64,000 nt of DNA from Octopus sinensis (GCF_006345805.1 NC_043015.1:34286001-34350000), one strand, 5' to 3'. Positions 12,445 to 25,913 are shown, counted from the first letter of the stretch. Program-made: numbers and translations. Notes: generated from the letters alone by a model not told the origin.

Positions 12445-12662
12445 AATATTATTGTCTACTTTGGAAAGTAACTGGAAAACAGTTGCATAAATACAGTTCT
12501 ATATTTAAGAGATGAGGAACTAAGTACATTATTTACATTATTTATATTATTTACATTAGACGAATATTTGTCCTATCATTTCGGCTGATATACCCTCCAG
12601 CCTTCATCAGGTGTCTCGGGAACATTTTGAACTAGGGTTCTCATTCTTAAGGTATTTTTCGA
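12445..12662 (-). mobile_element. Penelope-like terminal-repeat fragment with a partial hammerhead core
   Basis: Minus strand reads GACAC-CTGATGA-A-GGCTG(10 nt)CAGCC-GAAA at 12615-12579; stem III and the cleavage site are absent. Confidence 0.55.
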
Positions 12663-13031
12663 TGATGATTAAATGATGATGATGATGATTTATTTTATCT
12701 ACCCCAGTAAATTCAAACTGCAGAGGGAGGGAATCTATACCACTCGGCATTTTACCTAATATACTATTGATTCTGTTTCCCTAGATTTGTCAGCAAAAAT
12801 ATATTGGTAATTATAACACAAAAACGTGTTTAGCAATCTGAAAAATGTGACATTGATATTTTGTGTAAATTCTAAATAAAATCCATGTCTATATTTCTCT
12901 TATATAATCTTCTCTGATTTATGGTTATTTTAGAATTAGTACATGGCTTATATAAAGGTTACAAACAGGTTAGTCCATTTTTATTGACTTTAACCTACTA
13001 CAACAGCTACTGCTGCTGCTGCTGCTACTGG

Positions 13032-13072
<41 letters not shown>

Positions 13073-14153
13073 TACTACTAAATATTCCAGGGCTATGAGT
13101 TAGTATGAACAAGACGTTTGTTAGTGACTGTGATAAATCTAATAAATTTCGGTTGCAACTTGAAATATCTTGATAAATTAGTTGGATTAGTTAAAAACAA
13201 GATTGTCATTAGTAAATATTTCATACATATTTCATAAAATATGTTGCCACAAAATCTTAATCAAGGGTTTAGTTTGGAGTGTATGGGTTATGTGAAATGC
13301 ATAGATCGGCCACTTTGTATACATTTGTTTGCTGTAATAAAAGTTACAAAACTTGTAGTAATGGCTTGTAGATTTTTCTTGGTACATTTTTCAAAAGAAA
13401 CTTTTTTCCTTAAAAACTAATATTTTTTATTCAAATTACCAAGAAATTTACCATAGTAATTTTTTTTTATAGAACATATTTTCTCTAAAATGCATCTATT
13501 TAAATTTATTCTCAGCATACTTTACAAAATGCTATAATAGAAATACATATTTTTTTGGCATGGTGGGGGTGGGGAACATATATTGATTCTTCTGTGATTG
13601 TAATTGCATAAAAGATACTTTACTTACTTTGAAATAACCAAAAGATTGGGAGAATATAAGAAAAAAAAATGTAAGAAATCAAAGAAATTAGCATTTATTG
13701 TAAACCAGGAATGCAAGAACTAAATTTCATCCTATTCTAATAATCTAGAAATATTCCAGAAGATAACAGTAGACTTGCTGAAGAGTTTATGTTCTTACTG
13801 TACCTGGGTGAGAAGATAAGAAGATAGGTTAGACCTTCTAACCTTCAAATAGGTTTCCTTCCAAGATTTGGCTAGAAAAATAAAGTTATTATGTCAATAA
13901 AGATTTGTATGATGTCACCAACAGAAGTGAATGACCAAGAAACTGGAATATTCTTTAATTAATCATGAAACTGTAAAAACCATTTTAGTGCTTTGCATCA
14001 CCATGTCACAGGAATTTCATAATCTACAATACAGTAGCTTTCTTTTTTATATATATATCTTCTTTTTATATATATATATATCCCATGTGAACTGAGAGAG
14101 GTTCAAGACGATGAATTGTATTGATTAGTTTATGTAGAAGTAATGATTGATGA

Positions 14154-15069
14154 TATAAGGTCATCCCATAAATAATGTGGTTTTATCAATTGCATGAACT
14201 AAAAGCTGGAAGGGGACAGGATAAACTACCTGCATCAACTTGCTATAAAAGCAGGTAGTAAGTTTGACTTGTCCTTATTCTTAGTGCAAGTTTTGAAGAG
14301 TGCAGTTCAATTTTATTAGTTGTTTTTCCAAAGCTATAATGGAAGTGACAAAGGAGCATTATTCAGCACATTTTGCTTTGTGATTTCAACAAAGGCAACA
14401 AAGCAACGGAAAGTGTGAGGAATATTAAATGCAGTAAATGGGGATCGGACAATAAGCATAAGCCAGTGTCAACAGGGATTCCAGAAATTCCGAACCGGAA
14501 ACTACAGCTTGGAAGACAAGCCTCATCCTGGAAGATCTGTCATCCTGCAAACCCTGGTGGAACAAAATCCCATCGTAACTATTGAGGAACTAGCAGAGAT
14601 GCTTGGATTTGGTCATTCAACCATTCATCAACACCTGCGTGCCATAGAAAAATGATCTTCTTTGGTTTCAAGACGACAGGTGTTCTTCCATCAGGATAAT
14701 GCTTGGTCACATACAGCAAGGAAAACGTTAAAAAAACTGGAGCAGTTTGAATAGGAAACGATGCCCTACTAACCATACTAGTGGACATTGCCCCATCTGA
14801 TTATCATTTATTCTGCAGTCTTCAAAATCATTTGGACAGAAAAAATATGAATTCTGTAGACGAGGTCAGAACAGTACTGGGGGAGTATTTTTCATCACGG
14901 ACAAGTTAATTTTGGAAGAGGGGCCTTGCAAGTCTACCAGATAGATGGAAGTGCATGGTAGAAAATGAAGGAGAGTAAATTTTAGATTAAAAATGATCCT
15001 TGTTTATCTCAATTTTGAAAAATAAATGAAATTTTTAAAAATCCTCATTATTTATGGGATGACCCAATA
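14154..15069 (+). mobile_element. Mariner (D,D34D) element, internally deleted, both TIRs present
   Basis: TIRs GGTCATCCCATAAATAATG at ~14159 and CATTATTTATGGGATGACCCAATA ending 15069. Frameshifted transposase pieces include FHQDNA and DIAPSDYHLF. Confidence 0.9.
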
Positions 15070-16367
15070 CATGTTGGAATGATACCTGCCGGATGAAAAC
15101 TGTGACTTGGAGAGAAACAGAGATATCAGCATTAAGAATATTGGGTGTCACAAGGCTAGTGACACAAGAGGGAATCATTTAGAACAAACTGATTTGCAGA
15201 CCTATCTAACCCATGTCATCAAGAACAAGCAAAATGTTAAAGCAGTGGTGATGTAACAGTCTATATCTGTCTAAATTATAACATTTTAATTAGACATCAT
15301 CTGAATATGGGCTATTTTCAAATAAATTAACCAGATGTGGTCAATGTATGCAAATTTGTGTGATGTGTATATACCTTACTACATCACTAATTAAATATTG
15401 TCTAATTAGATAGGTTTTAATTACTTGTGGTTTAACTATATAGGATGCTGAACAATATTTGCACCAGGTCTGCCCAAGGATCAAAAGCATTCCAGCCATG
15501 ACCTAATGTATATGCATTGTCCAATGAATCCTCCTTCCATCTTTTTAGACAAAAGGGTGGGATTAGAGCACAGTTTGGCTGCTATTTCCAGCAAATTGAA
15601 CAATGCCACAAAGACTCCCTCGTTAACTCTAACTAAATAGGTTTTAATCAAATGTAGTTAAAATATCTACTGTTTAATTAAATTTGTGCTAATTTTGTAT
15701 GATTTCAATTAAATGGGGTTTAATGTTATGAATTAATTAAAGTTTGGCTCATTAGGTTTGCAGAGTATTCTTTTATCCACTCTAATGAATTTAACTTGCA
15801 TCTTTGTCCCATTTATCATCAACTGAATAATCACCAACTGTAACATTTCACTACATCACCACCATCACCATCTTTCACCTTCTCCTACTCCTCTTCATCA
15901 TCGTCATTATCCTAATCATTATTACTGTTATTATCATTATCAGTTTCATCACCCTTCTCATTATCAGTGTTTTCATTAACATCCCTATCATCAGCATCAC
16001 CACCACCATTACCATCACCATCACAACCACCACCACCACTACAATCATCTTTATCACCATCATTGCTGTCATTTTCATCATCATCATCATGTGTATGGAT
16101 ATGAATGTCTATACCAGTCTGTTTGCATCTGTTTATGAAACTAGATTTTCCCATCGTCAATAAAGTGCATCTAAAAGGGGTCAGTTTCCTCAATGTAACT
16201 TTGTAGCTAGAAAACTCCTCTCACAAACTGTTCATAAAGCCCACTGAATATTGTTGAAGTAATATTAGGATTTAAAAGACAAGTATCTCTTTTAGACTTT
16301 TCTGGTCTTCAGTATTTCCAACACCTACAATGAAATATCAACTAAAAAGTGATACAAGAAAAAAAGT

Positions 16368-16595
16368 TTAACCCTTTAGCTTTTAAACCGGCCATATCCG
16401 GCCAAAAGTATTCTGCCTGTTTTATGTTCAAACTGGCCAGATCTGGTCTCTCACACCAACCCTACAATATCGTTTTAAAAATTAAGAGCTACCTCATCAA
16501 AATCTCATAGCTACAAGATAATGCATGATTAGTTCAAAACAATGTGGATGAAAATGCATTAATTTTGGCAGGATAATGCGAACACTAAAAGTTTC
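16368..16595. mobile_element. Possible piggyBac-type MITE
   Basis: Left end TTAA-CCCTTTAG; degenerate right end CTAAAAGTTTC. Confidence 0.4.
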
Positions 16596-16789
16596 ATACA
16601 TCAATCCCTCCCAACAAATAGAAACACAAATGTGGTCTGATGCAGTCGACCATTCTACTTAATTATGTCTTCATCAGTTGCCAAACTTTACTTTCACTTC
16701 TTTTGTAAACACTTCCAGTCAATGCATCAGTGTGCCAAAAATACTAAACATAATATATATATATATATATATATATTTATCATATTTTC

Positions 16790-16965
16790 CTTGTCTCAGT
16801 CATTAGACTGGGGCCATGCTGGGGCACTGCCTTGAAGAAGTTTTAATTGAATGAATCGACCTCAGTAGTTATTTGTTTTTAAACTTGGCACTTATACTAT
16901 CATTCTCTTTTGCTGAACTGCTAGGTTACAGTGGCATAAACACACCAATGCCAGTTGTCAAGCGG
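16790..16965 (-). mobile_element. SINE 3' part (family of 32969-33367)
   Basis: Reverse complement matches CTTGACAA...GTGTTTA...GTTCAGCAAAAGAGA.TGATAG...AAGG..GTG..CCAGCATGGCC.CA of the 33180-33345 segment. Confidence 0.65.
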
Positions 16966-17019
16966 GGGAGGGGAGGGAAAAAGACACAAAGGCACACACA
17001 CACACACACACACACACAC

Positions 17020-17050
<31 letters not shown>

Positions 17051-17521
17051 CTTATTATAAAAGGCAGATTTTATCTGCCTCCCTTTGGGAGTTATAGAAA
17101 TCTACAATATAGGATTTCTTCAATTACAATTTACCTAGCATTTTTGAGAGTAGAATGCATCACATCATGCCAAGTCCAGTTTTTAAAATTTAAACTCCAA
17201 TTAAGCAAAATTTACAGAAAACTCACATTCTGGTGTGTGTGTCAAATGCTTTTCTTAGTCTGGTTTACACCACACGCAAACGCACACACACAGTGGGCAA
17301 CGAATAAAGTGAAACTAGATGTAATATTTGTTTCTCTCTATGACGCTGATAGATACATGAGTAAAATGTATGGGAAGCTAACACATAAGAGTGAGTGAAA
17401 ATGTTCTTGGAAGAGAGTAAATAGCGACAGAGAGTGATTTGAGGAAGACTTTACATTAAATAACCGTAGTGGCTTGTGTTAGTAATAAAGTAAACATACA
17501 CTCATACATACATACATACAT

Positions 17522-17552
<31 letters not shown>

Positions 17553-17931
17553 TACACACACACATACATACATACACACACACATACATAAATACACACA
17601 TACATACATACATACATATACATACATACATACATATACATACATACATACACACACACATACACACACACAGTATTGAAGCTTGAGAACAATCAGATAC
17701 ATTTGCAACACATCTGTTGAAAATATTATTGTTCACACACATACATATACATATATACATACAGACAGACAGACAGATAGACACACACACACACACACAC
17801 ACACACATGATCCAGCATGGCCACAACCTCAAGGCTGAAACATATAAAAGAATAACAGAATATAAATGTGTGCATGTGTGTGAGAGAGAGAGTGTGTGTG
17901 TATATGTATGTATGTATGTATGTATATATAT

Positions 17932-18535
17932 ATAATAATGCGGTTTTTTCAACAGCTTGAACTAAAAGTCAGAGGGGAATGGGATAAACTACTTATATTA
18001 ACTTGCTATAAAAGCAGGTAGTAATTTTATCTTGTCCTTATTCATAGTGCAAGTTTTGAAGAGTGCATTTCGATTTTAACAGCTATTTTTTTCAAAGCTA
18101 TATTGGAAGTAACAAAGGGGCATATTTGGCATATTTTGCTTTATGAGTTCAATAAAGACAACAACGCAACGGAAAGTACAAGAAATATTAATGCAGTATA
18201 TGGGGATTGGACAATAAGCGTAAGGCATTGTCAATGGTGGTTCCAGAAATTCCGAGCCATAAACTACAGCCTAGAAGACGAGCCTCATCCTGAAAGATCT
18301 GTAGAACTCGACAAGGACATCCTGAAAAACCCTGGTGGAACAAAATCTCATCGTAACTGTTGAGGAACTGGCAGAGAAGCTTGGATTTGGTCATTCAACC
18401 ATTCATTAACACCTGTGTGCTATCGGAAAAGTCAGCAAATTGGGTCAATGGGTTCCTCACGAACTTTCCGAGTCTAATTGCATGCAGAGAGTGAAAGTAT
18501 GCTTTTCTTTGCTGTCACATCTCACCACTACTGCG
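17932..18535 (+). mobile_element. Mariner element, 5' half (same family as 14154-15069), 3'-truncated
   Basis: EVTKGHIWHILLYEFNKDNNATESTRNINAVYG...WFQKFRA.NYSLEDEP...LGQWVPHEL (HTH and WVPHEL motifs); near-identical stretches to 14230-14650. Confidence 0.9.
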
Positions 18536-18544
18536 CTATGTATA

Positions 18545-19182
18545 TCTATATATGTAAAACTGTAGTTGTATGAGTGTCTGTCCCCTTCGATTTAGATTCC
18601 TAACTACTCCCACATTTTGCTGTGCAGTTTAACCAAATTCGGGTAGCTTATAGTCGTGATTCATATCGAGCCCGTCTGAGTATTAGCGCGCGTCTACGAT
18701 GAGTCTACGATTTTAAAAATAATTTAACATAATTTTTTATTCCATTTTAATGCATAATTTTTCGTGTGTCGATGGCGGCGGAGTTGGCTTCCACGCTCAC
18801 ACCTGCACCTGTGGGGAAGGGAGTGTAAGGAAATCAACGTCGTAATGCGTTGTCAAGGAGACCAGCGTTCTTTTAGAACAACGACTTCATGGCTTGAAGA
18901 CACCAAAACAGAAATGGCTAAGAAAGCGTCTATATGAGTCTATGATTTAAAAAAAAAATTACCATCGTTTTTTTTCCATTTTAATGCATTTTTTCACTAT
19001 TATATAAGGGAAGTAACTCTCTAAAAATGTCTACGATGAGTCAACGATTTAAAAAAAAAATTTACCATCATATTTTTTCCATTTTTAATGCATTTTTGGC
19101 TATTTTTTGGCTATAACTCTCTAAAAATTCTTATATAGTTATTTCCCTTACAAACCCGAGCAACGCCGGGCGATACTGCTAG
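18545..19182 (+). mobile_element. Non-autonomous Helitron
   Basis: A|TC 5' end (18544/18545), 3' hairpin CCCGAGCAACGCCGGG (19155-19170), CTAG|T end (19179-19183), no TSD, three internal ~70-bp subrepeats, CpGs retained. Confidence 0.8.
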
Positions 19183-19567
19183 TATTTATATAAATGTGTG
19201 TATGTGTGTGTGTGTGTGCATAGAAGAAGTACATATGTATGTTTAGTGAGAACACATGTCTCGGCATTTGAATATGTATACGCGTATATGAGGATGCATA
19301 AATGCTGAAGTGTCTTCATGTAAAACAAGAAAGCCCCAAGGATGTACACAGCAGATGGAACAGTGATAAGTTGAGAATCATGCAATACATCCAGAATCAT
19401 CCATTACATGTTGGCCTCTGCTAAAGAACCATGTACAACTACAGCAGTGATGATTATCATGGTAAATATCCCAGAATTACTGTCTGGCTTCAGGCTTATT
19501 CTGTAAGTTAAAAGCAAGAAAGTTGGTCAGCTCATTGCAGATGTACTTTATTGTTCGAGTGTTGCAG

Positions 19568-19581
19568 GTTGCCATGGCAAT
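19568..19581. promoter_or_regulatory. RFX X-box-like motif GTTGCCATGGCAAT
   Basis: 13/14 match to the palindromic X-box GTTGCCATGGCAAC. Motif match only. Confidence 0.35.
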
Positions 19582-19695
19582 TCTTCTCTTGATTTGTTTA
19601 TTTCTAACACGACTGAAAATGTGGTCAGACCTTGTTACTCTCCATTCCAGTTACATCTGGCTTCTTGTTGTTGGTGTGCACATTGTACATCCATC

Positions 19696-19727
<32 letters not shown>

Positions 19728-19747
19728 TGTGTGTGTGTGTATGTGTG

Positions 19748-19779
<32 letters not shown>

Positions 19780-20099
19780 ATCCATCCAGCCATCTATTTG
19801 TATGTATGTATGCATATAACTATATCTATATCTATCTATCTATCTATCTATCTATATATATATATAATATATGTTATCCCATGGAGGGTTGTATTTACAC
19901 CCCCTATCTCAATTTGTATATATATATTATATAAATTAGAAACAAAACCACTATTGTGCAAATCAAACAAAGAAAGACTTAATCCAATACATAAATTAAT
20001 TTATATAATTTAGAAATTTAACAATTATTAATATCCACTACGATCGTTTCATGTAAGTTTGGATTTATTCCCTAATATTTATTATTATATATATATATA

Positions 20100-20142
<43 letters not shown>

Positions 20143-20221
20143 TATATATATATACATACATACATATATATATATATATTATATATATATATATAATATA
20201 TATATATATACATATACATAT

Positions 20222-20277
<56 letters not shown>

Positions 20278-21498
20278 GTATATATATAAATATATGCTTA
20301 TATGCATACATATATGTACATACCTACATATATATGTATATATATACATGCATATATGGGTACAGGACACCAAAAACAAACGTAGACAGAATGAGGAACG
20401 AGACAGGCAGCATCAGTTGCCCCTTCATCAGTTGTCCCCTGTTTTATCTACTCCACGTTTCGAAGCATTTCGAAGGTAGGGACAAGATGCAACTTCATTG
20501 AAACAGTCCTTCCCGCAAAGCAAGTTAAATAAAAATTGGGATTTTTTGCGGAGGGTGAAAGTGTGAAAAACAGGTGAAAAACAGGACAGTGAGAACAAAA
20601 CAAACAGTGAGGGCTGTTAAAGCCAAGACGATGTGAAGTGGTGAACAGGTAGGCATGTACATATATGTATGTATATATGCATATGTTTATATATTATTTA
20701 TATCATTATATGATCGAATGCCACACATCCTTTTCCAAGTAAGTTTTATCTTAACAATTTCAATGCACACTCTTATTCTATCTCTTCTCTCTCTCTCTCT
20801 CTGTTCTTCTTCCTTTCTCACTGTTAGAATAATTAACATAAATGTAAAATTCTTCAGACAGTCGTATTCACTGCAGTGTTTTGAAATTTGCAGGAGATTG
20901 TTTATGACAACAACTACATTTTTGCTGTACATTATTCTACGTTTTAAACAGGATTCCAGGAGGTTCAGACAATAAAAGTTTGTTTGATATTTGTAACTTA
21001 AGAAATTCTAAGTATTTTCACCTGTTGAATATTTGTTCATCAGAGATTAATAAGAAAGTATTGTACTCCATTTTTCATGCTTGAATTACCTCAGGATTAG
21101 ATAAAAAAAGGAATCAATTTTTCAGATGAAAAAATCTCAACACTGGAAATAATAGAATAAGATAAATTCCTTATTTTCAACCTTTTGGGACCAACCTACC
21201 TGAGATTCCTCTGATTCTTCAACAGGCAACTGGCAATGTTTCAAGTATTCATATTTAAGTTAAGATATTCTATCATAATTGTAGCAAAAAACATTTTATC
21301 ATGTTCTAAGCACCAGTTTGATAAGGAAAACGGTTATTATAGTAGTTAATTCCTCCAGATTGTCAATTACTTTTTTAAAAAATTCAGTAAAATGTATAGG
21401 TTATATGTTTGGTTTTTTTTCCTTTTAAATGTAATCTCTAAATGGTTAAATATTTATCTTTGCTATAATCTCACATTGTGTTGTTTCTGATTCCACAG

Positions 21499-21790
21499 AA
21501 CATTATGGGTTGGAGTGACCTTACACTCTTTCCCATCTTGGCACCACTTGGTAACAGCTCAGTTTCCCAAAGCAGTAATTCCTCCACAAACTTTACATCT
21601 GCCTACAGTGACTCTACACCAACGCCACCACTATTAACAATGACTGCTCCTTTCTCAGTAACTGGTTGTACATCATGGAAACCAATCAATCATATTCTCT
21701 TCCAGTTGGCTAATGCTGCTCTCTGTATTGGTTTAATGGCCCCAGATGGCACTTATGGGGTCCTATTTCTACATAGCACATTTTTACTTG
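21499..21790 (+). CDS. bves: Popeye-domain protein (BVES/POPDC-like), first coding exon; ATG at 21505; extracellular N-terminus, TM1 and start of TM2
   Basis: Acceptor ttccacAG ends 21498; donor G|GTAAGT at 21791 (phase 1). Translation MGWSDLTLF...CTSWKPINHILFQLANAALCIGLMAP...LFLHSTFLL resembles POPDC1 C..[21 protein letters not shown]. Three N-glycosylation sequons (NSS, NSS, NFT). The symbol is a family-level call; orthology to POPDC1 versus POPDC2/3 was not tested. Confidence 0.92.
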
Positions 21791-22789
21791 GTAAGTAAAC
21801 CTTTTCTCTAGTTTCTTATTTCTTTGAGAAATTATTTGCTGTTTTTGTTGTTGTTGCTGCTACTGATATTGTTGTTGATTCTATTACTGCATTTTCTTTT
21901 TGTTTTGTATGTCATTTTTTTTATATGGAAGAGGCTGAGCCTCAGTCGGTGTTTCAGCTGCATTTTCAGTTTGAAAGCTACAACAAATTGTGCAATAGTT
22001 TTAATTAATTAATTAATTAATTTTTTTACTATTTCACTTGAGATAATTTTGCCTCATATGTCTTGGAGGATTTGTTGCTTTACTTGACATGATGGGAAAT
22101 TTAGACTACTTCCATCTTTAAGAGACAGATAATTTTTCTCTTAGTATTCTCCTAGATTACCTGTCCTCAAAAACAAGAATTAAGCACTTATCTGTTTAGA
22201 AAACACTTCTTGAAAGACTTCCTGCTTACGCCTTGTGCATTTATCTCAAGGTTTTCTGAGTAAATTTCGTTGAAGATTTTTCCCCCTCTTTAATGTTTGA
22301 GCATCACAGTGAATAATATCTCATCCAGTGAGTTAGCACCCAGTAGTATTTATTAATGATTTAGTGACATTATTTAATGATGATTTAGTTAGAGAATGAT
22401 ACCTTAGACTTAGACTTAGAGAAAAATAATCAGAGAGATATTTCATTGTCCTCAGTACACATCAGCATTTAATGATTCTTAGCAGGAATGAAGCAAGCCC
22501 ATAGCTGCTTTTGCTAGTGATGTTGGCCTTACAAAACTTTGCAACTTAGAAGTGAAGCCCATTGAATATTTTCTTCACCATTTTCCTAAGGATATTTTTA
22601 TTAAGATAACTGATGAGACCACAAGGTATGAAGTCAACAGGACAACTCCACTTTTATTAAATCAATGCAGGACATGAAGGAATATCTCAGATTACTTGTT
22701 GTGATGGGAGATGTGCAGCTTCTAAATGAGATATTAGTAAAGCACCAACTTCAACTTTTAGACAGGAAATCATTGTCCAGGATTCATTA

Positions 22790-23700
22790 TTAGGTGGTAT
22801 CAAAAAGTTCCCAGACTGATTATGTTTAATAAATAACTTATTTACCGATGTTTTAACATCATCTCCTTCGAAGTATTCAATACAGTGGTCCCAGCATTCC
22901 TGACACTTTTGGAATTTTGCCTGGAAGTCGTTTTCCATAAGCATGTTGAGGACCTTCTGTGATTCACTCTGGATCTTGACAATGATGCTAAAAGAGCGAC
23001 CTTTGAGCTGCATTTTCATCTTGACAAAGAGATGGAGTCCACAGGTACTAAACCTGGCAAATAGGGCCGGTTCAGAAGCAATACCATTTTGTTTTGGGCA
23101 AGAAACTCACGAGTGAGGAGTGCTTGGTGATAGGGTGCATTGTCATCATGAAGAATCCAATTCTTCATGCTCCACAGATCCGGTTGCTTTCACTCCAGTT
23201 GCTGTCCTCCCCCGGATGCTTCAAGTAGAACTCTCGATCGACAGTCAGGCTCCACGAGGCAAATTCTCGATGCACAATACTGCTGAAGTAAAAAAGGATT
23301 AGAATGCTCTTGACTCAGCTACAGTTATGTTGTACCTTCTTCAGCCATGGAGATGAAGAGTGCTTCCATTGTGACAACTGCTGCTTCATCTCAGGATTGT
23401 ACCCATAGATCCAATTCTTGCCGCTGGTGATGATTCTTGACATGAAGGATGGGTCATCAGTGGTGTGTGATAGAGATCTTGACAGACGTCAACACAATGT
23501 TCTTTCTGCTCAGTGATCAGCAGGCGCGGGGGGGGGGACTTGGCGAAGACATGCTGCATGTTCAACTCAAATGTTAGGATTGCCTGACAGACCCATACGA
23601 CAGACCAACAACATCAGCCATGTTGTTGATTGTCTTCCGACGATCTCCATGTACAAGGTGAGGAATTTTCTTCACACTTCTGCGAGTGGTGGCTCATGCC
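22790..23700 (-). mobile_element. Mariner element of a second subfamily, decayed
   Basis: C-terminus KMQLKGRSFS..KIQSESQKVLN.L.ENDFQ..FQK.QECWDHC..YFEGD; upstream remnant resembling RIITGDESWIYGYDPE; TIR-like GGTGGTATCAAAAAGTTCC at 22793. Confidence 0.8.
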
Positions 23701-24031
23701 AGGCCTTCCGAATCACTCACCGTCTTCCAGGGGAAAATGCTACTTAAGGTTTTGCTACTTAGCAGGTTTGCTACCGGAATGTGGTAAACCAGAAGAGATT
23801 CTGTAAAGCTTTCTGTTTAATATGCTGCCAGGTCTACCAATGCTCTGCCCTAAGTTAGTCAATTTCTGGGGTTTTTTTACTAAACCCCATAACTTGAACG
23901 GTTAAGTTGACTTTGGTGGGATTAGAACTCAGAGTACAGAGAAACAGAATAAATAACACAAGATATTCTATCCAACACCCTCGTGACTCTGATAACTCAC
24001 CACCTTAATAGCTACTTATAATTTATTAAAT

Positions 24032-24045
24032 GTTGCTATAGTAAC
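24032..24045. promoter_or_regulatory. RFX X-box motif GTTGCTATAGTAAC
   Basis: Full match to GTNRCY-AT-RGYAAC, in the intron after the first coding exon. Motif match only. Confidence 0.4.
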
Positions 24046-24304
24046 AAGAGAAATGTTAGCCAGAGACAGCGTTACAGAAAAGAAAGCTCAGAGGCAGAAA
24101 ATTTATTGATGGAAGTTGTTAATCCTAGTTTGTTAATTGAATTTTTAAATAGTTTGCATAATCCTGGATAATCCAGAGAGGGATTCCTTTCTGACTGCAT
24201 CTCTGTCATCAATGTTACCAATGCCATCAGTAGCAACATGGTCCAATGACATCAGTTTAATATGGATCGTGTTTTGTGTAAATTATCATCCTTACCTTCT
24301 GCCC

Positions 24305-24343
24305 ACTCATCATTGTCATCATCATCATTGTCATCATCATCAT

Positions 24344-24374
<31 letters not shown>

Positions 24375-24462
24375 GTCATCGTCATCATCATCATCATCAT
24401 CATTGTCATCATCATCATCGTCATCGTCATCATCATCATCATCATCGTCATCATCATCATCC
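24305..24462. repeat. (CAT)n / (CGT)n trinucleotide microsatellite
   Basis: Read directly; it produces the spurious poly-H, poly-D and poly-M ORFs. Confidence 0.95.
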
Positions 24463-25515
24463 ACCCCACACCACAATCACTGATGGTCAGCCTACTGAGC
24501 CAACCTACATATAAGCTTCGTGCCATTTACCTGTGTTCAATTATTACAAGAGATTTTTCGACATTATGTTTGAATTGCTGTGATTTTTACAAAGGCTGCC
24601 AAATTCAAGTAACATGCCGGCATCAAACTTTGAATGAAATTAAGCAAATCTGCAACAGAGATCCTTGAAATGCTTCCTCAAGTTTCTCACAAATATTCTT
24701 TAGTTCAAATACAAGTTTCTGACCGGTTTCACGTTTCAAAGCTTGTTGAGTGTCGATTCAGGATGAGTGTTTACAGTGAGAAACAATCTTTTTGTTGAAC
24801 TCTGGATCTGATGCATCTTTTTTCCATTTAATTGGCTGCCAGCACTTTCATTACAATGCTTGTCATTTCATTTCTGCAGCCAAATTCCTGACTTTCATTG
24901 CCTTTAATGATTCTAGAACTTATAATGTACATGTGTTCATGTCCACACATGATTTTAAGACTCTCTACCCACTCCAACCCCAACTCTGCAAACAGTTACT
25001 CCTTACTTTATGAAGACACACTAGTCCTTGTTCAAGGGGTGTAATTCCAGATACATTTCTCATCTGAACTTCTCCCATCATGATTTTTTGGTTCAGTTTT
25101 CCATGGCACCAAAAAACCAAACGTAGCATTTCTTGAGCTCTAGTAGCAGAGAGCTGTTGCTGTACGCTTCCTACCAGCACTTCTGATGAGTACCAGGATT
25201 GCAATTGTGCAAAACTATCGCCATCATCATCATCATTATGATTTCAATGTCCATTTCAACTTGCTTTCAGCAGCTGTAAGGCATTTGTTGAAACAGATTT
25301 TCTATAGAGAGATGCCTTTTTCTCTTGTCAACCCTTCACTTTTCCTCAACAAACTAATATTTCCTCATGGATGGACATGCTTTCACTGACAATTAGCGAC
25401 AAATTACACCTCTTGTATGATGGTAATACTCATTTACAATCATCGTGCAAAGTTAAAACAAAGAAACACACACTTGTACGCACACATGCATGCAATGCAT
25501 GTGTGTGTGTGTGTA

Positions 25516-25556
<41 letters not shown>

Positions 25557-25913
25557 ACAAGGGCTTCTTTCAATTTCTGCCCACCAAACCAATGTTTTCT
25601 CAAGGTGTCATGAAGTAGGACTTGACCTGAAACTATGTTGATGAGAAGTGAACTTAACCACACAGCTATGCTTACACCAATTATATATACACATATATGT
25701 TCTTACACCTAGAACACTGTTTTGCATAAATCATCCCTCTCTAAGTGTCCCCATTGGACCATTTGCTTGTAAATTGTATTTGCAATTCCTACAAAAGCCA
25801 CTTTTAGTCAGAAACTTTAGAATCCAGTGTTAGTGATTAAACTTAGACATCTAAAAACAATCAAATTTGCTTAATGACATTGATTTCTCATTAGCAAAGA
25901 TGGTCAAACATCA

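Noticed and set aside
17048-17480. Second Helitron starting TCTTATTATAAAAGGC
   Set aside because: The 5' end is Helitron-like, but no 3' hairpin or CTRR end was found; left as an unclassified repeat.
20418-20467. Permuted (type II-like) hammerhead on the minus strand: TGCTTC-GAAA-CGTG...CTGATGA-A-GGGGCA
   Set aside because: Position 17 would be G and no stem I can form; at most a degenerate Penelope terminal repeat.
22609-22640. CTGATGA-GACC(ACAA)GGTA-TGAAG as a hammerhead
   Set aside because: The GAAA core is broken and there is no stem I or III.
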